Part shown: in pieces, positions 28,076-32,000 of the stretch
Numbering within the stretch: position 1 is the first letter of the stretch
Layout: each line of letters opens with the position of its first letter
Assembly: GCF_033372575.1 (NCBI RefSeq)
Contig: NZ_CP104094.1
Coordinates: 116,408 to 148,407, forward strand
Source: Candidatus Saccharimonadota bacterium
GTDB taxonomy: Bacteria; Bacteroidota; Bacteroidia; Flavobacteriales; Blattabacteriaceae
Reading direction: 5' to 3'
Length of the DNA: 32,000 bases
Translations under genes and position numbers: made by a program
Notes under the pieces: model-generated
Database searches by the model: none
Seen by the model: only the letters and a program-made list of their open reading frames with translations
Told to the model about the DNA's origin: nothing

Positions 28076-28151
28076 GGTTTGGTAGTTCAAATTTGGTAAG
28101 AATACGTGCCTGTCACGCACGAGGTTACGGGTTCAAATCCCGTCCAAACCG
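28076..28151 (+). tRNA. tRNA-Asp (anticodon GUC)
   Basis: 76-nt cloverleaf. Acceptor ggtttgg/ccaaacc, anticodon stem cgtgc/gcacg with loop ctGTCac, T arm acggg-ttcaaat-cccgt, discriminator G. No CCA. Confidence 0.9.
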
Positions 28152-28152
28152 T

Positions 28153-28941
28153 ATGAAAAAGATAAAAAAAACTATAGCTAAAATATATACAATAAGTATT
28201 ATAGAGAATAAAATTAAAAATATTAATAAACTAATAAATTATAAATTAAATAATAATTATAAATATTTAACAAATAAGTTATTTAAAAAATTATATAAAT
28301 TATTAATATCAATTAAAAATAAAAAAAAAATAATATTAAAAAAAATAAAAAAAAAAATAAAAAAAAACAATTATTATAATAAATTAATAAAAAAATATAA
28401 AAAACAAATATTAAATATTAAAAATAATATTGAATTAATAATAATAAAAAAAGAAATAAAATATTTTAAAATAAAAAAAAAAATAAATAATAAAATAAAT
28501 AATAAATATAATAAGATATTAAAATATTTAAATAAACAAAAAAAAATAATAAATAAAAAAAAAAATAATATTATAATATTTTTAATATTTTATAAAAAAA
28601 AAAATAATAAATTAAAAAAAAAATTAAATAAAATAAAATATAAATTAAAATTTATTTTAAATATTATTTTAAATAAAAAAAAAGTAAAAAAATTAGAAAT
28701 TTATAAAATTTATAATTATATAAAAAATAATTCAAAAGATAAAAAAGGAATATTATCGGTAGATTATAATAGAGTAGTAAATAATGTAAACTTGAAAATA
28801 CCGATACAAAAATATATAGATTTATTAAATTATGAATATATTAATTATGATATATATACAGGAAAAATATTAATTGATACTTATTTAGCAAATAAAATAA
28901 ATAAAAGAGTAAATAAATTAATAAAGAAAATAATAAAATAA
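28153..28941 (+). CDS. Coiled-coil protein resembling the COG1579 / zinc-ribbon (zf-RING_7) family, without cysteines
   Basis: The track ORF starts at a TTG inside tRNA-Asp. The ATG at 28153 lies 1 nt after the tRNA. About 200 aa of Lys/Asn/Ile heptad-like sequence is followed by 'GILSVDYNRVVNNVNLKIPIQKYIDLLNYEYINYDIYTGKILID'. That tail resembles the family C-terminus 'G.avv.....C.gC...ip.q........i..C..CgRIL'. This comparison is from memory of the family, not from a search. Confidence 0.4.
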   Translation: MKKIKKTIAKIYTISIIENKIKNINKLINYKLNNNYKYLTNKLFKKLYKLLISIKNKKKIILKKIKKKIKKNNYYNKLIKKYKKQILNIKNNIELIIIKKEIKYFKIKKKINNKINNKYNKILKYLNKQKKIINKKKNNIIIFLIFYKKKNNKLKKKLNKIKYKLKFILNIILNKKKVKKLEIYKIYNYIKNNSKDKKGILSVDYNRVVNNVNLKIPIQKYIDLLNYEYINYDIYTGKILIDTYLANKINKRVNKLIKKIIK

Positions 28942-28967
28942 TAAAATAATAAAATAATAAAAATAAA

Positions 28968-30269
28968 ATGAATAATATAAAAAAAATTAAAGGAACTTTA
29001 GATTTATTTAATAATGATATTGATAATATTAATAAATTAAAAAATATAATAAAAAATAATTTTATATTATATGGATTTAAAAATATAGAAACTCCATCTA
29101 TAGAAAATAAAAATATAATTAAATTAATTAAAAAAAATTTAAATATTCCTTTATATTATTCTATTTTAGAAAAAAAAAATAATAAATTTTTAATTTTTGA
29201 TTTAACTATTTCATTAATTAGATTTTTATTAACTAATACTAATAATATTAATTTTCCGTTTAAAAGATATCAAATACAAAAAGTATGGAGAGGTGAAAAA
29301 CCACAAAATAATAGATATAGAGAATTTTATCAATGCGATGTAGACATAATAAGTTATAAATATAACCTAGAAGAAATAGAAATTATATCACTTTGTGATA
29401 AAATATTTAATGATATTAAATTAAATATAGATTTTTTAATTAATCATAAAGATATATTATATGGATTATGTGAATATTTATTAATTCATAAAAATAAATG
29501 GGAATTTATAATAAAGACAATAGATAAATTAAATAAAATTGGTAAAGAAAATGTTAAAAATATTTTAATAAAAAAAATAGATAAAAAATATATAAAAAAA
29601 ATATTTAAAATATTTGAAATAAAAAAAAATAATATTAATTATTTATTATATTTAAAAAAAAAATTTAATAAAAATAAATTATATGGTAAATATGGAATAA
29701 AAAAATTATTAAATATATTTAAAATAATAAAGAAAATAAAATTAAAAAGAATAAAAGTAAAATTTAATTTAAGTCTCTCAAGAGGGTTAAATTATTATTC
29801 AAAAACAATATTTGAAATTAAATTAATGAATAAAAAAAATGATTTATCATTAGGTGGAGGAGGAAGATATGATAATATAATAAAAATAAATAATAAAAAG
29901 ATACATGGAATAGGAATTTCGTTAGGATTATATAGAATATATAATACATTAAAGTTATATAATAATAATGTATTTACAAAAAATAAAAATAAAAAAGTAA
30001 TAATTTTAAATTTTGATATAAAAAATTATGTGTTAATAAATAAATATGCAAATATATTAAGAAATAATAATATAATTACTGAAATTTTTTTATATAAAGA
30101 AAAAATAAAAAAACAAATAAAATATGCAATAAGAAATAAATTTAATTATTTAATAATAATAGGGGAAAAAGAAATAAATAAAAATATAATAAAAATAAAA
30201 AATTTAAAGAATAAAAAAGAAAATATATTTTATAATATAAAAGATTTAATAAAATATATAAATTATTAA
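28968..30269 (+). CDS. hisS: Histidyl-tRNA synthetase
   Basis: 433 aa. 'IKGTLDLF', motif 2 'QKVWRGEKPQNNRYREFYQCDVDII' and motif 3 'LGGGGRYDN'. Confidence 0.88.
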   Translation: MNNIKKIKGTLDLFNNDIDNINKLKNIIKNNFILYGFKNIETPSIENKNIIKLIKKNLNIPLYYSILEKKNNKFLIFDLTISLIRFLLTNTNNINFPFKRYQIQKVWRGEKPQNNRYREFYQCDVDIISYKYNLEEIEIISLCDKIFNDIKLNIDFLINHKDILYGLCEYLLIHKNKWEFIIKTIDKLNKIGKENVKNILIKKIDKKYIKKIFKIFEIKKNNINYLLYLKKKFNKNKLYGKYGIKKLLNIFKIIKKIKLKRIKVKFNLSLSRGLNYYSKTIFEIKLMNKKNDLSLGGGGRYDNIIKINNKKIHGIGISLGLYRIYNTLKLYNNNVFTKNKNKKVIILNFDIKNYVLINKYANILRNNNIITEIFLYKEKIKKQIKYAIRNKFNYLIIIGEKEINKNIIKIKNLKNKKENIFYNIKDLIKYINY

Positions 30270-30273
30270 AATT

Positions 30274-31281
30274 ATGGATTGTGGAATTATAGGTTTACCA
30301 AATGTTGGAAAATCTTCGTTATTTAAGTTATTATCTAATTCAAATGTAAAAGATATTATAAAAAATTATCCTTTTAGTACAATTTCCCCAAATAAATCAA
30401 AAATTAATGTATATGATGATAGATTGATAAAATTATCAAAATTATTAAATTATAATAAATTGCAATATAATAATATTAATTTAATAGATATAGCAGGAAT
30501 AATAAAAAATTCTTATAAAGGTAAAGGTTTAGGAAATTTATTTTTATCATATATAAGAGAAACAAAAATATTAATTAATATATTAAGATTTTTTTATAAT
30601 AATAAAATTATTAATATTAATAAAATTATTGATCCAATATATGAGAAAAAAATAATATTTAATGAATTAATAATGAAAGATATTGAAATAATAGAAAAAA
30701 ATATAAAAATTAAAAAAAATAATATTAATAAATTAAACAAAATATTAAATATTTTTAAAAAAAAAAATAAAAATGATATAATAAAAATATGTAATGAGGA
30801 AAAAAAAATAATAAAAAAATTTAATTTTTTATGTTTAAAACCAATATATTATATATGTAATATTGATAAAAATACTAAAATTGATGAAATATCGTATATT
30901 AAAGAATATTTTAATAATAAAAAAGAAAATATTTTATTTTTAAATATTAAAGATATAATAAAAAATAAAAATAAGAATAAAAAAATAATTAATAAATTAA
31001 TAAATAAAATATATTATAAATTGAATTATAACACATATTTTACTATTGATAATAATAAAAAAATTATATGTTCTTGGAAAATAAAAAAAAATTCATATGC
31101 CTATAAAGCATCAGAAAAAATACATTCAACATTTAGTAAGAAAATTATTAAAGTAGAAGTAATTAATAGTAAAAAAATAATAAATAATAAAATAATAAAT
31201 TATAAAAAATATTTATCTATAAAAAATAAAAATTATATCGTAAAAGATGGGGATATATTATATTTTAAATTAAAAAAATAA
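30274..31281 (+). CDS. ychF: Redox-regulated ATPase YchF (Obg-family GTPase/ATPase)
   Basis: 335 aa. G1 'GIIGLPNVGKSSLFKLLS', G3 'LIDIAGI' and a C-terminal TGS-like region 'FSKKIIKVEVI...DGDILYF'. Confidence 0.85.
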   Translation: MDCGIIGLPNVGKSSLFKLLSNSNVKDIIKNYPFSTISPNKSKINVYDDRLIKLSKLLNYNKLQYNNINLIDIAGIIKNSYKGKGLGNLFLSYIRETKILINILRFFYNNKIININKIIDPIYEKKIIFNELIMKDIEIIEKNIKIKKNNINKLNKILNIFKKKNKNDIIKICNEEKKIIKKFNFLCLKPIYYICNIDKNTKIDEISYIKEYFNNKKENILFLNIKDIIKNKNKNKKIINKLINKIYYKLNYNTYFTIDNNKKIICSWKIKKNSYAYKASEKIHSTFSKKIIKVEVINSKKIINNKIINYKKYLSIKNKNYIVKDGDILYFKLKK

Positions 31282-31363
31282 ATTTATTAGTAAATAATTT
31301 TAAATATAAAAAATATTTTTAAAATTAAAATAATTATATTAATTAAATTTAACATATATTAAA

Positions 31364-32000
31364 ATGAAAAAATTAAAACTTTTTATTCCTTTAATAACAC
31401 CATTTGATAATAATAATAATATTGATTTTTTTTCTTTAGAAAAATTGATATTATATATAAACAATTTAAAATATATAAACTATATAATATTATTTAGTAA
31501 TTTTTCAGAATATAGTTTTATTTCTAATAATGAAAAAATAGACATAATAAATTGTATTAAAAATAATAATAAAAATATAAAAATAATATTAAAAATTAAC
31601 AATATTTATAATTATAAGGATATTGAAGAGCAATTAAGTCAAAATATATATAATAATATAAATTATATAATAATTGATTATCCAAATATTAATAATATAT
31701 ACAAAGAAGAAATAATAAATAATTTTAATAAAATATTTAATAAATTTAAATATTTATTTTTTATTATTAATATAAAAAAAAAAATTAATGATGATATATT
31801 ATTAAAAATAAAAAATAAAAATAATAATTTTATAGGAATAATTAATAATAATTTAATAAAAAATTATGAATTAATTAATAAAATAAAAATTTTTATAAAT
31901 AATGATATAGAGTTATTTTTAAATAATAAAATATTTAATAATATAGATGGTATTATTTCACCATTATTAAATATTATATTTAATTTTATTTATAATAAAA
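31364..32000 (+). CDS. DapA/N-acetylneuraminate-lyase-family ORF (4-hydroxy-tetrahydrodipicolinate synthase-like), 5' part; continues beyond the window
   Basis: Not in the track because there is no stop before the window end. I read it codon by codon from the ATG at 31364 with no stop. 'LFIPLITPFDNNNNIDFFSLEKLILY' matches the DapA N-terminus (..ivTPf...g.vd...l..li.), and '..NFIGIINNN' aligns with 'iiGIKeat'. Confidence 0.45.
   Translation, partial: MKKLKLFIPLITPFDNNNNIDFFSLEKLILYINNLKYINYIILFSNFSEYSFISNNEKIDIINCIKNNNKNIKIILKINNIYNYKDIEEQLSQNIYNNINYIIIDYPNINNIYKEEIINNFNKIFNKFKYLFFIINIKKKINDDILLKIKNKNNNFIGIINNNLIKNYELINKIKIFINNDIELFLNNKIFNNIDGIISPLLNIIFNFIYNK

Overview
This window is an extremely A+T-rich (by eye well under 20% G+C), gene-dense stretch of a highly reduced bacterial genome. 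It consists almost entirely of housekeeping information-processing genes. Order: proS(3' end)+, miaA-, gyrB+, rpsP-, tRNA-Gln+, fmt-, tRNA-Lys-, tilS+, thrS+, infC+, rplT+, rnz-, mutS+, tRNA-Gly+, tRNA-Leu+, dnaE+ (in two frames), trpS-, rplU-, glyQS-, tRNA-Phe-, tsf-, rpsB-, rpsI-, rplM-, dnaK+, tRNA-Arg-, tgt-, pheT-, probable dnaN-, tRNA-Asp+, a coiled-coil COG1579-like ORF+, hisS+, ychF+, dapA-like(5' part)+. Three features suggest a Bacteroidota (Flavobacteriales-like) obligate insect endosymbiont: the rplM-rpsI-rpsB-tsf cluster, an archaeal-type ProRS C-terminus ending in Tyr, and a single-chain GlyRS. That assignment is inference only. The standard code (table 11) fits: TGG encodes Trp, stops are TAA except one TAG and one TGA, and the TGA sits in an ATGA stop/start overlap. 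I see no rRNA, CRISPR, mobile elements, defence or toxin systems, or any multi-gene accessory island, so I do not claim a novel system here. The points worth a second look are gene-level oddities typical of extreme genome erosion. (1) dnaE is broken exactly in an A14 homopolymer, and its only sensible start lies next to a T11 tract or inside tRNA-Leu. (2) An epsilon-like exonuclease domain is fused to the DnaE N-terminus. (3) DnaK carries a near-perfect 15-bp tandem repeat tail. (4) ThrRS lacks the whole N-terminal editing module. (5) Tgt lacks all four zinc ligands. (6) infC has no AUG start and rpmI is missing from its usual position. (7) The tsf stop codon lies inside tRNA-Phe. (8) The DapA-like ORF appears to lack the Schiff-base lysine. 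The antisense ORFs in the supplied track are shadow ORFs.
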